Below, piece by piece: positions 53,286-62,156 of a stretch of DNA of 62,156 nt (positions are counted from its first letter, which is position 1; each line of letters starts with the position of its first letter). Source of the DNA: Minisyncoccota bacterium (lineage in GTDB: Bacteria > Patescibacteriota > Minisyncoccia > Phycocordibacterales > UBA9973); assembly GCA_036517535.1 (NCBI GenBank), contig DATDVS010000005.1, positions 1-62,156 of the forward strand. The letters run 5' to 3'. The translations under genes and the position numbers were made by a program. The notes under the pieces were generated by a model. The model did no database searches. It worked only from the letters and a program-made list of their open reading frames with translations, and was not told the origin of the DNA.

Positions 53286-54947
53286 TTACATTATATCAAT
53301 TACTCGCAGGCGAAGCTCCTCGCGACCCCGAAATCTGGACAAATCGAAGGTCGCAAGCAAATTTACTTTTTTATTTTCTTCCAGGGGTATCTTGAAAGAA
53401 TCCAATCCGGAGAAAAAAGAAACTGCCACCGCTTTCTTCTGGCTAGGGTCAGAAAAAATAATTTCCAAATGCTCGCCTGACCCATTCTTGCCGAACTTTT
53501 TCACTTTCTCCACCTTCACGCCTTCAAACAGGAAGACCGGCTTCGGGTTATCCATGCCGAAGGGGGCTAACTTTTCAATTTCCTTCCAATGTTTCATGTT
53601 TACATCGGCGAGAGATAATTTTAAATCATGCTTCAAGGTCGGACCTTGGGGATTTTTAAGGTCCGACCTTTTATTCAATTTCTCAAAAGATTCTGATAGA
53701 ATCTCCTCCAAAAAATGCACTTTCTCGGCCACCAGGGTAAACCCGCCCGCAAGTTCATGCCCGCCGAAGTCTAAAAATGAATCCCCCGTCGCCCCCATGA
53801 GCTCTACCACCGACACCGAGCCGTCAGACCGGCAGGAGCCCTTGATACAGTCGTTCTCGTCTTTGCCCCAGACGAAGACGGGCTTCTGGTAAGTGTCCGA
53901 GATTTTCCCGGCCACGAGCCCGAGCACTCCTACCCGCCACTGGTTGTTGCCTATTACTATCACATTCTTTTCACTTTCCCTTTTTCCCAATTTTTTATTG
54001 GCTTCGCGCATGATGCTCGCCACCAGAGTTTTCCGCTCATCATTTATTTTCGATAAATGGTCCGCCAGGATCCCCGCCTGTACTTCGTCTGTGGTCGAGA
54101 GTATCTCAAAAGCGCGCATCGGGTCATCCATGCGCGAGGCGGCGTTGAGCCGCGGGGCAAGCATGAAGCCGATGTCGTCTTCGGAGAGGTACTGCTGGTC
54201 AATATTCATCTTGGCCAGCATTTTCTGCAGGCCCGGCCGCGGAGATTTGCGCATGACTTTCATGCCGAAGTGCGCGATGGCCCGATTCTCGCCCAGGAGC
54301 GGCACCCGGTCAGATAGGGTGGCGAGCCCTGCCATATCAAGAAGCCATTTTTCCCAGCCCACCGGCTTGTCTGCCCGATCCTTCACTAACGCCTGAATCA
54401 ATTTAAATACCACCCCCGCTCCGCAGAGCATCTTCTCCGGATAGCTTATTCCATTTTTTGCCACTTTCGGATTTAAAATTGCAAAAGCGGGCGGTAAGGT
54501 GGCAGGAGGAATATGGTGGTCAGTTATGATTATGTTTACCCCATTTTTTTCTGCGAGTTTTACCTCCTCCACGGCGCTGATGCCAAGGTCTACGGTTATC
54601 AGAAGCCCCACTTTCTGATTAATGAATTGCTTGATTGCCTCGATATTGAGCCCGTAGCCTTCGGAATTTCTTTGGGGAATATATACTTCGTAATTTTTGT
54701 AGCCGATTTTTTTGAAAAGATCCGAAAGCATAACTGCGCCGGGTATGCCGTCGCAGTCGTAGTCGGCATAGATAACAATTTTCTCTTTTTTTTCTATAGC
54801 TTCAAGGATTCGTTCACAGGCCTTTTTCATATCCCCAAGAAGAAACGGGTCATGAAAATCCCGCTCATAGTGGGGATTTAAAAAAACATCCCGGTTTTTT
54901 ATGCCTCTTTTCTCTAAAAGCGTGTCTAATAGCTCGTTTGCAATCAT
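53286..54947 (-). CDS. recJ: single-stranded-DNA-specific exonuclease RecJ
   Basis: 553 aa; DYDCDG, ITDHH, DHHA1 region GGHELAGG. Confidence 0.9.
   Translation of the reverse strand: MIANELLDTLLEKRGIKNRDVFLNPHYERDFHDPFLLGDMKKACERILEAIEKKEKIVIYADYDCDGIPGAVMLSDLFKKIGYKNYEVYIPQRNSEGYGLNIEAIKQFINQKVGLLITVDLGISAVEEVKLAEKNGVNIIITDHHIPPATLPPAFAILNPKVAKNGISYPEKMLCGAGVVFKLIQALVKDRADKPVGWEKWLLDMAGLATLSDRVPLLGENRAIAHFGMKVMRKSPRPGLQKMLAKMNIDQQYLSEDDIGFMLAPRLNAASRMDDPMRAFEILSTTDEVQAGILADHLSKINDERKTLVASIMREANKKLGKRESEKNVIVIGNNQWRVGVLGLVAGKISDTYQKPVFVWGKDENDCIKGSCRSDGSVSVVELMGATGDSFLDFGGHELAGGFTLVAEKVHFLEEILSESFEKLNKRSDLKNPQGPTLKHDLKLSLADVNMKHWKEIEKLAPFGMDNPKPVFLFEGVKVEKVKKFGKNGSGEHLEIIFSDPSQKKAVAVSFFSGLDSFKIPLEENKKVNLLATFDLSRFRGREELRLRVIDIM
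53635..53670. repeat. R1 palindromic element (36-nt variant), in frame in recJ
   Basis: AAGGTCGGACCTT GGGGATTTTT AAGGTCCGACCTT; coding strand KRSDLKNPQGPTLK. Confidence 0.9.
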
Positions 54948-54948
54948 T

Positions 54949-54957
54949 TGCTATAAT
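54949..54957 (+). promoter_or_regulatory. extended -10 TGCTATAAT, 7 nt before ATG 54965
   Basis: ttTGCTATAATattatacATG; only 17 nt separate the divergent recJ and HIT start codons. Confidence 0.55.
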
Positions 54958-54964
54958 ATTATAC

Positions 54965-55321
54965 ATGGAAAACTGTATTTTTTGTAAAATCGTGAAGGGT
55001 GAAGTGCCCTCGACTAGAATCTATGAAAACGATGATTTTTTGGCATTTCTGGACATTAGCCCGCTGGGCGCAGGCCACACCCAAGTAATACCGAAAAAGC
55101 ACTACCGCTGGGTGTGGGACGTGCCGGAAGCGGGGGAATATTTCGAAATCGTCAGAAAGATTGCCCTGGCGCAAAAAAAGGCATTCGGGGTTGAAATAGT
55201 GCGCTCACAAGTATATGGCGAACAAGTGCCGCATGCACATATATGGATCTGGCCGGAGATTGAAGAAGGTAAAACAGATTTCGCCGGAAATGCCGCAAAG
55301 ATCATCCAAGCGCTTGGATAG
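54965..55321 (+). CDS. HIT-family (histidine triad) nucleotide hydrolase
   Basis: MENCIFCKIV..., HTQVIPKKH, histidine triad VPHAHIWIWP. Confidence 0.85.
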   Translation: MENCIFCKIVKGEVPSTRIYENDDFLAFLDISPLGAGHTQVIPKKHYRWVWDVPEAGEYFEIVRKIALAQKKAFGVEIVRSQVYGEQVPHAHIWIWPEIEEGKTDFAGNAAKIIQALG

Positions 55322-56420
55322 CCGGCAGGGTGCCTTTGTCTAGGAACTCAAGAGTGGCCCCGCCGCCGGTAGAAACAAAGGAAAATTTGTCCTCCATTTT
55401 CATTTCGGAAATGAGCGCTACTGTATCTCCCCCGCCTATTATGCTCTCGGCCTTGGAGCCAGCCACCATTTTTAAAATCTCCTTGGTTGCCCCTCCGCCA
55501 CCTGCTTCATACTTGCCGAGCGGCCCGTTCCAAAGTATCAGTTTCGATTTTTGTATGTATGGTTCGAGAGCTTGGATGGATTCCTGTCCGATATCAAGGA
55601 TGTAATCGTTCTTTTCCACTTCATCTATTTTTTTAGCAAGCAATTTCCCAGATTTATCCTCCACCACCACATCCGCCGGCACGATAATTTTCTTATTGCC
55701 GATAATTTTCTCAATCCCAAAGTTCTCGTCGGAGAGGAGCGACCGGCCCACTTCATAGCCTTTGGCTTTCAGGAGGTCGTTCAAGAGCGCTCCGCCGATA
55801 AAAACATGATCGGCGAGCTTTAAATATTTTTCTATCAGGGGTAGCTTGGTGGAGAATTTCGCTCCACCCAGAATAAACAAGAATGGGTGCTTGGGCTTAT
55901 CGAAAACTTTGGATAGATTTTTTACTTCTTTCTCGAGCTGGAGCCCGGCATAGGCCGGTATGAGCTTCGGCAATAAAACAAGTGAGGCATCCTGCCGATG
56001 GTCCACCGGAAAAGCTTCGTTTACATAAATATCAGCGAGCTTTGCCAAATTCATGGCAAAAAACTGACTGCATTCCTTCTCGCCTTTGTCATTGCGCAAA
56101 TTCTCGAGCAGTACCACCTCTCCGTCCTGCATATTCGCTACGGCCTGTGTGCTCTTCGGGCCTAGTATCTCACCCGTGAACTCCGCTTTGATAAATTTAT
56201 TTAAAGATTTCGCAACCGGCGCCAAAGTATCTCCCCCCTTGCCCAAATGAGTGATGAGTATTATTTTTGCCCCCTTCGTTGTTAAAAATTCGATAGTCGG
56301 TAGAGCCTTTTTTATGCGAAAATCATCCTCCACCTTGCCATCTTTGACCGGCACATTGAAATCCACCCGGACCAAAACTTTTTTACCTTTTATATTTCTT
56401 AACCCTTTAATGCTTCGCAT
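55302..56420 (-). CDS. pgk: phosphoglycerate kinase
   Basis: 372 aa; VRVDFNVP, ITHLGKG, WNGPLGKYE, GGGDT. Confidence 0.95.
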   Translation of the reverse strand: MRSIKGLRNIKGKKVLVRVDFNVPVKDGKVEDDFRIKKALPTIEFLTTKGAKIILITHLGKGGDTLAPVAKSLNKFIKAEFTGEILGPKSTQAVANMQDGEVVLLENLRNDKGEKECSQFFAMNLAKLADIYVNEAFPVDHRQDASLVLLPKLIPAYAGLQLEKEVKNLSKVFDKPKHPFLFILGGAKFSTKLPLIEKYLKLADHVFIGGALLNDLLKAKGYEVGRSLLSDENFGIEKIIGNKKIIVPADVVVEDKSGKLLAKKIDEVEKNDYILDIGQESIQALEPYIQKSKLILWNGPLGKYEAGGGGATKEILKMVAGSKAESIIGGGDTVALISEMKMEDKFSFVSTGGGATLEFLDKGTLPAIQALG

Positions 56421-57163
56421 ATTTTTATAATTTCTACAAATTTTTTAGCGTCCAAGCTATCCCGCCCAACCAAGAATCCATCCGCTTCGCCGGTTTTCAA
56501 AAAATCTGCGGAATTTTTCGGGTTGACCGAGCCTCCATAAAGTATCCTGGTCTTTGAAACATTCCCTACGCCGAATTTATCGCTCAGCGTTTTCTGGATG
56601 AAGATACTCATTTCCAAGAATTCCTCGGCTGTCGCCTCGCGCATTGCGTTCTTGCCTATGGCCCACACGGGCTCATAGGCGATTATTATTTTGGAAATAA
56701 AATTTTTCGATACTCCGGCGAGGGCCGTTTCGATTTGTGTTTTTACAAAATGAAGGTAATTGTGTTTCTCGTCCCTTTCCTTCTCCCCCACGCAGACTAT
56801 CGGCACAAGTCCCGCGTTGAGGGCTCTTTTTACTTTGCGATTTACTTCCATGTTGCCCTCACCGAGAGCTCTCCGCTCCGAATGGCCTAAAATTACATAC
56901 CTTGCTCCGAGGTCGTAAAGCATGGCGGAGGAAATTTCTCCGGTATATGCTCCCGCCTCTTCATAGAAAGCATCCTGGGCACCCAGTTCTATTTTCCTGG
57001 ATAGTTTTTTCAGATTTGCCAGATATACGAACGGGGGGCATACTACGATACCGGCTTTTTTAATCCGCAAAAGGGATTTAGCAACACTACTAAACAATCT
57101 CTCCGCGTCTTTGAAGGTAACGGGGTTCATTTTCCAGTTGCCGATTATGATTCTTTTTGTCAT
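56399..57163 (-). CDS. tpiA: triosephosphate isomerase
   Basis: 254 aa; IIGNWKMN, LGHSERR, AYEPVWAIG, YGGSV. Confidence 0.95.
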   Translation of the reverse strand: MTKRIIIGNWKMNPVTFKDAERLFSSVAKSLLRIKKAGIVVCPPFVYLANLKKLSRKIELGAQDAFYEEAGAYTGEISSAMLYDLGARYVILGHSERRALGEGNMEVNRKVKRALNAGLVPIVCVGEKERDEKHNYLHFVKTQIETALAGVSKNFISKIIIAYEPVWAIGKNAMREATAEEFLEMSIFIQKTLSDKFGVGNVSKTRILYGGSVNPKNSADFLKTGEADGFLVGRDSLDAKKFVEIIKICEALKG

Positions 57164-57170
57164 TGAAGGT

Positions 57171-57181
57171 ATTTTAGCACA
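57171..57181 (-). promoter_or_regulatory. extended -10 TGTGCTAAAAT, 7 nt before tpiA ATG
   Basis: minus strand TGTGCTAAAATaccttcaATG. Confidence 0.5.
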
Positions 57182-57182
57182 A

Positions 57183-58457
57183 TTACTCTGTTTCCTTCCA
57201 TGTACCTAGAATCCACCCCCCTCCCGGCCCGCTGGTGAAATTCACATTAATGATGCCGGAGCCATACTCCACGCCTACATTGTTTTTCAATTCTATCTTA
57301 TTGGCCACCACTTCCTTTACGCCAGCGTTGTTCTTGAAATATATGGTCCCCTTTTGGGCATTTACGATGGAGATGCTCGAATTATTGTTCACTTCTATAG
57401 CGTTGCGTCCGTTACAGGGGTCGCCGGACATGCTCTCATCGCAGCTGCTCTCGGAGAGGAGCATAATATAGCTGCCCGTCGTACCGGAATCTTCGAAATC
57501 CACGCCTCCATTAATGATGATGTATCCGTCCGCGATTATTATGGCCGAGGTTGCGCCATAAGAAGTAGCCAGCCTCACCGTATCGCTGATAGTTATATTA
57601 CCGGTGACATAAAGCGTACCAGCCACAGTCAGGGTGTCATTCACGGTCAAATTTCCGGCGATTTTCCTCGGGCCCAGGGTGGTCGGCGAAGAAATAGTTA
57701 CATTGCCACTCGTGGTACCTCCGGAAGATGCATCGTTTTTCCATTCGGATATCTCTTCGTCGGTTATCGGCATATCTTCATCCTCCGGATCGGCTTGGGA
57801 AGTGTTGCAAGATTTATTGTTGCCTGAACCCGTCTGGCAATAAAGAGCGCCGGTGATGGTAGAGCCAGTGACCGTGTGAGCCCGCGCATCACCAGTACCA
57901 CCATAACCCACCCGCATATTCGAGATTGATCCAGAGCTACCGGCTACGAACGCATCCCCGGTGATATAGGCGCCGTTCGAGCCTATGATGTCGCCATTCG
58001 AGTAGAACGAGCCATCTAAATAGGAATTGTTATGAAAGACGATTCCTCCCTGCCCCGCCTGCGACCCGTATTTAAATACGACCCCCTCCCCCTCCGTCAA
58101 AGTAAGAAATGTCTTCCGGTGGTTGCTCCTCACTTCGCCGAGCGAAACAATCTCTTTTTGGCTGCCACTGATCGAGGTGATGCTGGTGGTGGCCGAATTG
58201 AAGTCTAAGACTATAGTTTCACTGGTGCCGATACTCTTGCCGGTCAAGATGCGATACACCGCATCTTCGCTGCCGGACTCCGCCAGAAAGTAAGATTTTT
58301 TGGAATTTAAATTCTGATTGGCGTTTTTGAATTCGCGAATTGATGGCGACACCAGTCCGGAGATGATGGCAAGCGAAATGAACAGGAAAAAGATCACCGC
58401 TATCATCATCGCCGCCCCTGACTGATTATTAATTTTGCGTTTTATTTCTTTTTTCAT
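57183..58457 (-). CDS. PilX-like N-terminal domain protein, putative pilus-associated beta-helical protein (ATG start MKKEIKRK...)
   Basis: Basic leader then GAAMMIAVIFFLFISLAIISGL; Gly/Ser/Thr/Asn-rich repetitive body. Confidence 0.5.
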   Translation of the reverse strand: MKKEIKRKINNQSGAAMMIAVIFFLFISLAIISGLVSPSIREFKNANQNLNSKKSYFLAESGSEDAVYRILTGKSIGTSETIVLDFNSATTSITSISGSQKEIVSLGEVRSNHRKTFLTLTEGEGVVFKYGSQAGQGGIVFHNNSYLDGSFYSNGDIIGSNGAYITGDAFVAGSSGSISNMRVGYGGTGDARAHTVTGSTITGALYCQTGSGNNKSCNTSQADPEDEDMPITDEEISEWKNDASSGGTTSGNVTISSPTTLGPRKIAGNLTVNDTLTVAGTLYVTGNITISDTVRLATSYGATSAIIIADGYIIINGGVDFEDSGTTGSYIMLLSESSCDESMSGDPCNGRNAIEVNNNSSISIVNAQKGTIYFKNNAGVKEVVANKIELKNNVGVEYGSGIINVNFTSGPGGGWILGTWKETE

Positions 58458-58463
58458 TCTCAC

Positions 58464-58497
58464 TTTATAACTTTCTACTTTATGAACTTTACAACTA
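58464..58497 (-). repeat. R3 AT-rich element forming the spacer upstream of the PilX-like gene
   Basis: minus strand TAGTTGTAAAGTTCATAAAGTAGAAAGTTATAAAGTgagaATG. Confidence 0.75.
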
Positions 58498-59007
58498 TTA
58501 ATAACCTCCTCTCAATACTACCGTATCATAAAAATCATAGCTCCGAGTCAGGGTGTCCTCCTCCGCACGGAGTGTCATCGATATTTTGACCGCTACGCCT
58601 TTCGCCGTCGTGATCTGGGTGAAAGAAAGCGCCGAAACAGTGATATTCGGCGAATTTAAATTGCCGATCAGCGCGTTGTTCTCGAGCAGTTGCACATCGC
58701 CGCCGGATAATGAAAACTCAACCGTTTTTGGCGCACCTTCGCTGTCGGTGGTATTGACCTTAAGGGAGCTCGCGCCAATGGAAGCTATGCTCGATGCCCC
58801 CCTCGCCTCCCTGACGATCCTCTCCATCACGCCGCCGGATTGCATCAACTCGCTTTGGATACTGGTTTCCCGGAAGGCCTTGGTCATAGTGATCATCGCA
58901 TTTATCACTACGAGGGTTACAACCGCAAAGATAGAAATATAAAAAATAAGCTCCACCACACCGTAGCCTTGTTTGGAATTTTCAGTTTTTAATTTTGGAA
59001 TTTGCAT
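58498..59007 (-). CDS. pseudopilin-like protein
   Basis: MQIPKLKTENSKQG|YGVVELIFYISIFAVVTLVV. Confidence 0.6.
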   Translation of the reverse strand: MQIPKLKTENSKQGYGVVELIFYISIFAVVTLVVINAMITMTKAFRETSIQSELMQSGGVMERIVREARGASSIASIGASSLKVNTTDSEGAPKTVEFSLSGGDVQLLENNALIGNLNSPNITVSALSFTQITTAKGVAVKISMTLRAEEDTLTRSYDFYDTVVLRGGY

Positions 59008-59036
59008 TTGTTAAATTGTAAATTGAGAATTGAAAA

Positions 59037-59534
59037 TTAACTGAATATATCCATTATGTAAAACGGCAGAGTCCGCGTGATCGTGGTTCCGCCTTCCGGC
59101 CACGATACGGTAATGGTGAACAACTTGGTGCCCGGATCATCGGTGCCTGCACTTGCGATGTCGCCCGTCGAATCATCACGGTTTACATCGGCCACATTGA
59201 CCGTCCGAGTAAAAATTCCGACAGTGGATGCCGTGACGGATAGGGTCCATGTTCCGCCTGAAAACTCCGGATAATAAGTCGTGGCCGTATTTAAATTGGA
59301 AATATTGCTCCAGCCGTTGTCGCGCAGGATTCGCACTGCCTCGGCTCCTTCCTCCAGAAGGAACGCCGCTTGGGTGGCATGAAATGCTTGGCGCGACACG
59401 TAAATCGACTTTTGCGAGACGGCCATCGCGGCCAAAATCGCCACCGTAATTATTGCTGTGACTATCAGAACCTCGACCAACATGAAGCCTTTGTTCATCC
59501 GCCTAAATTTTTTTAAAAATATACGTTTTTTCAT
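59037..59534 (-). CDS. prepilin-type minor pseudopilin
   Basis: MKKRIFLKKFRRMNKG|FMLVEVLIVTAIITV. Confidence 0.7.
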   Translation of the reverse strand: MKKRIFLKKFRRMNKGFMLVEVLIVTAIITVAILAAMAVSQKSIYVSRQAFHATQAAFLLEEGAEAVRILRDNGWSNISNLNTATTYYPEFSGGTWTLSVTASTVGIFTRTVNVADVNRDDSTGDIASAGTDDPGTKLFTITVSWPEGGTTITRTLPFYIMDIFS

Positions 59535-59564
59535 TTTTTTGGTATTGTGAAAAATTTCGGCGGA

Positions 59565-60005
59565 TTAATTTGAACTGGCTACCCCGGTGGCGGAGATGGT
59601 AATGGTTTTGGAATAATTCGGAGTAGTGATGGTTATGGCGCCAGTATTCGAGGGTGCTCCGGTCAGGCGGTTAAAATATACATCAAAGTTGCCGCTCGTA
59701 ATCGAGGCGGGAGATACGATGCTCACGGTTTCATTATTTGAGTCTCCGGAGGAATAAGAAGTGCCCTTAAAAATTACAATTTGGCCGGCTTCAAAATGCA
59801 CGCCGTAAGAAGAAGAATGGAGAGACGAGAGCGTATTGGCCCGCGCTTTATCTAGGGAAGATAAAATATCCTCCACCCCGCTCTTTAATACCTGATTTTC
59901 CCGAACTTTCGAAAATTGTGGCAGCACAACCGTCGCGATGACAGCAAGAACCGCAATTACTATGAGCACCTCTATGAGCGAGAATCCTTTACGGTAAAAA
60001 TTCAC
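59565..60005 (-). CDS. prepilin-type minor pilin (GspH/FimT-like)
   Basis: MNFYRKG|FSLIEVLIVIAVLAVIA. Confidence 0.7.
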   Translation of the reverse strand: MNFYRKGFSLIEVLIVIAVLAVIATVVLPQFSKVRENQVLKSGVEDILSSLDKARANTLSSLHSSSYGVHFEAGQIVIFKGTSYSSGDSNNETVSIVSPASITSGNFDVYFNRLTGAPSNTGAITITTPNYSKTITISATGVASSN

Positions 60006-60170
60006 TTCTTAATTATATCACTAAGCTGCGAAGTCAGATTCCCTAACGGCAGACCACCTGCGAGGCAAGGCCTCGCAGGTATAGAGAAGCTGTCAATTAC
60101 TTGGCCTAGCAACCAGAGGATGCCCGTGTCAAAGAGACACTTTGACAGGATGGATTTGAGGGTAGCGTGG

Positions 60171-61388
60171 CTAATTTATATTGTTGAGGATGGAGTACAG
60201 CGGAGAGATCATGGAGATGGCGAAGAAGCCGACTCCGCCGCCGATAATAATCATCAGGAACGGCTCGATGATGGTCGAGAGATTTCGGGTCTTGTTTTCA
60301 ATCTCCGCTTCGTAGAACAGCGCGACTTCGAGCAGCATGTCGGAGAGCTTGCCCGTTTCCTCCCCCACTTCGATCATCTCGGACATCATCACCGGATAGA
60401 GATTCGGATTATCGACAAAGGCCTGGGAAAAGGGCGCGCCCCGCTCCACCGCCTTTTTCGAATCTAGGAGAACCTGTTTATAGTAAACGTTCTGCACCAC
60501 CTCGCCGGTAATTTCCACGGCCCGGGTAATCGATACTCCGGCAAGCAAAAGCGAAGCCATCGTCCGGGTAGTGCGGGCGGTATTCAATTCCCTGGCAATA
60601 TTGCCTATCACCGGTATTCTAAGAACCACGAAATCGATGTATTTGCTCATAAATTTGGCCCGGAAAAGGGCCACCAGCCCAAAGGCCAAGCCGATCAGCA
60701 AGACGAAAGTAATGATGAGGTTATTGGAAAAAAAGTTTCCCATGGCGATGATCACCCGGGTGGAGACAGGCAAAGCTACTCCGAGCTCCTTGAATGTGTT
60801 GGCAAGGGTCGGCACCACAAAAGCGAACATCAGCACCCCCACCAGCACCATCGCGGAGAGGATTACTCCCGGGTAAATAAGCGCTCCTCGTATTTTCTTG
60901 TTCAGAGAATTGGATTTCTCCAGGCTTATCCCGATATCGGACAGCGCTCCGGCTAAATTGCCGGACTCCTCGCCCGCCCGGGTCATTGAAACAAAAAGTT
61001 TTGAAAAAACATCCGGGAACTTAGCCAGGCCGGAGGACAAGGTGCCCCCGGAATTTATTTCCGCTCCGAGGGCGGTTAAAATTTTGCTCATCTGGGATTT
61101 CTTGGTTTGTTTTTGGAGCACGAGTAGCGCGCGGTAGAGGGAAAGCCCGGCCTTGATCATGCCGGAAAGGTTGTTGGTGAAAATTATCAGCTCTGTGGTA
61201 TTTATTTTTGAAAAGAAACGGGAAAATAGCGAATCTATATCGATCCCGCTTTTACCCTTTTCGCTTATGGATATAGGCGAGTTGCCGCGGCTACGAAGCT
61301 CGCGAGCTAGGGTAAAGCGGTCGGTGGCTTCGGCTTGTCCCCTTAAGATCTCTCCGTTCTTTGGTTTTGCTATATAAGAATAAAGCAT
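60171..61388 (-). CDS. pilC: type IV pilus platform protein PilC (T2SS F family)
   Basis: 405 aa; two T2SSF repeats, 3 TM blocks. Confidence 0.9.
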   Translation of the reverse strand: MLYSYIAKPKNGEILRGQAEATDRFTLARELRSRGNSPISISEKGKSGIDIDSLFSRFFSKINTTELIIFTNNLSGMIKAGLSLYRALLVLQKQTKKSQMSKILTALGAEINSGGTLSSGLAKFPDVFSKLFVSMTRAGEESGNLAGALSDIGISLEKSNSLNKKIRGALIYPGVILSAMVLVGVLMFAFVVPTLANTFKELGVALPVSTRVIIAMGNFFSNNLIITFVLLIGLAFGLVALFRAKFMSKYIDFVVLRIPVIGNIARELNTARTTRTMASLLLAGVSITRAVEITGEVVQNVYYKQVLLDSKKAVERGAPFSQAFVDNPNLYPVMMSEMIEVGEETGKLSDMLLEVALFYEAEIENKTRNLSTIIEPFLMIIIGGGVGFFAISMISPLYSILNNIN

Positions 61389-61391
61389 GGG

Positions 61392-62156
61392 TTATTCCGA
61401 TACCACCCGGAAGACCTCTTCCAGGGTCGTCACTCCGAGCACCGCCTGGAAAACTCCGTCTTCGAGCATCGTCATCATGCCCTCCTTCTTCGCCTGCTCC
61501 TCAATCTCATCCTGTGATTTTCCAGCGATGATCATTTCCTTGATAGTGGAAGTGACTTTCAAAACTTCATGCATACCGGTGCGGCTCGAGTATCCGTCCG
61601 GGGATTCTGCGGACTTTACTGGCCTGAAAAAATGGATCGTCTCCCATGTATCTTTTTCTCCTACGATCTTTTCATTCTTAAGCAGGACGAGCACGCGATC
61701 CAGGTCGACGATTTTGCCCAAGTTTTTTATTTCTGTCGGCGAAAGCAGATATTTCTCTTTATTGGGCAGAAGTTTTCTTACCAGCCTCTGGGCAATCACG
61801 GTTTTCACGGTAGAAATTATCAAAAATGGTTCTACGCCCATGTCGATGAGTCGGGGGATGGCCCCGGCCGCGGAGTTGGTATGAATGGTGGAGAGTACCA
61901 GGTGCCCGGTAAGCGATGCATTGATCGCCAGCCCCGCCGTTTCCCCGTCGCGGATCTCCCCCACCATCACGATGTCCGGGTCCTGGCGCAAGAGCGAACG
62001 TAATCCGTTTGCGAAACTCAAACCTATCTCCGGCTTTACCTGCGTCTGGTTCACCCGGGGCATCTGGTATTCGATCGGGTCCTCCACGGTGGAAATATTG
62101 ACTTCCGGCTTGTTCAAAATATCGAGCATGGTGTAGAGCGTAGTGGTCTTGCCCGA
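61392..62156 (-). CDS. pilB: type IV pilus assembly ATPase PilB/GspE, C-terminal part (continues beyond window)
   Basis: Frame open to window edge: SGKTTTLYT (Walker A), [18 protein letters not shown] (Walker B), [12 protein letters not shown] (His box), VIAQRLVR. Confidence 0.9.
   Translation of the reverse strand, partial: SGKTTTLYTMLDILNKPEVNISTVEDPIEYQMPRVNQTQVKPEIGLSFANGLRSLLRQDPDIVMVGEIRDGETAGLAINASLTGHLVLSTIHTNSAAGAIPRLIDMGVEPFLIISTVKTVIAQRLVRKLLPNKEKYLLSPTEIKNLGKIVDLDRVLVLLKNEKIVGEKDTWETIHFFRPVKSAESPDGYSSRTGMHEVLKVTSTIKEMIIAGKSQDEIEEQAKKEGMMTMLEDGVFQAVLGVTTLEEVFRVVSE

Overview
The window is gene-dense, mostly minus-strand, and reads well in the standard genetic code. It looks like a reduced Patescibacteria/CPR-type genome; this placement is inferred from the gene content, the trimmed enzymes and the pilus plus giant surface-protein genes. 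There is no rRNA and no CRISPR array.

Content:
- Housekeeping genes: pheT 3' end, a UvrD-nuclease fusion, ligA, ftsK, recA, efp, rpsF-ssb-rpsR, tatD, metG, glyQS, recO, ileS, argS, dut-tmk-nudix-glyA, comEC, rnhA, recJ, pgk-tpiA.
- Two type IV pilus clusters. One carries pilins, PilD and four minor pseudopilins at 9.5-13.8 kb. The other carries PilB, PilC and four minor pseudopilins at 57.2-62.2 kb.
- A cell-surface island with peptidoglycan-binding giant secreted proteins and an IS200/RAYT-like gene at 13.9-22.9 kb.
- One tRNA-Ser(GGA).

Main result: several unrelated families of short palindromic repeats are present, and three of them have copies inserted in frame into intact essential genes.
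- R1 is AAGGTCSGACCTT-N10/11-AAGGTCSGACCTT, translated as [12 protein letters not shown]. Copies sit in ligA (two plus a solo arm), ileS, argS, recJ and comEC.
- R2 is GC-rich (CCTCCCCCT..AGGGGGAGG-GCTGGGG). One copy sits in recA and the others are intergenic.
- R3 is AT-rich (AAAGTTCATAAAGT..). One copy sits in rnhA and the others form intercistronic spacers.
- This resembles Rickettsia palindromic elements (RPEs).

Other notable items:
- A tRNA-Ser 3'-end duplication brackets a single orphan ORF.
- A two-gene cassette (DUF559 plus a nucleotidyltransferase) is bounded by inverted R2 copies.
- IleRS carries an inserted histidine-phosphatase domain and a C-terminal HD domain. It is preceded by a T-box-like leader with an AUC in a short terminal loop.
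- At least 14 gene starts have TGnTAnAAT placed about 6 nt before the ATG, suggesting leaderless transcripts.
- A perfect 103-nt repeat forms both spacers of the rpsF-ssb-rpsR operon.
- A 33-nt palindrome-containing repeat lies upstream of both a PaaX-like regulator gene and recO.
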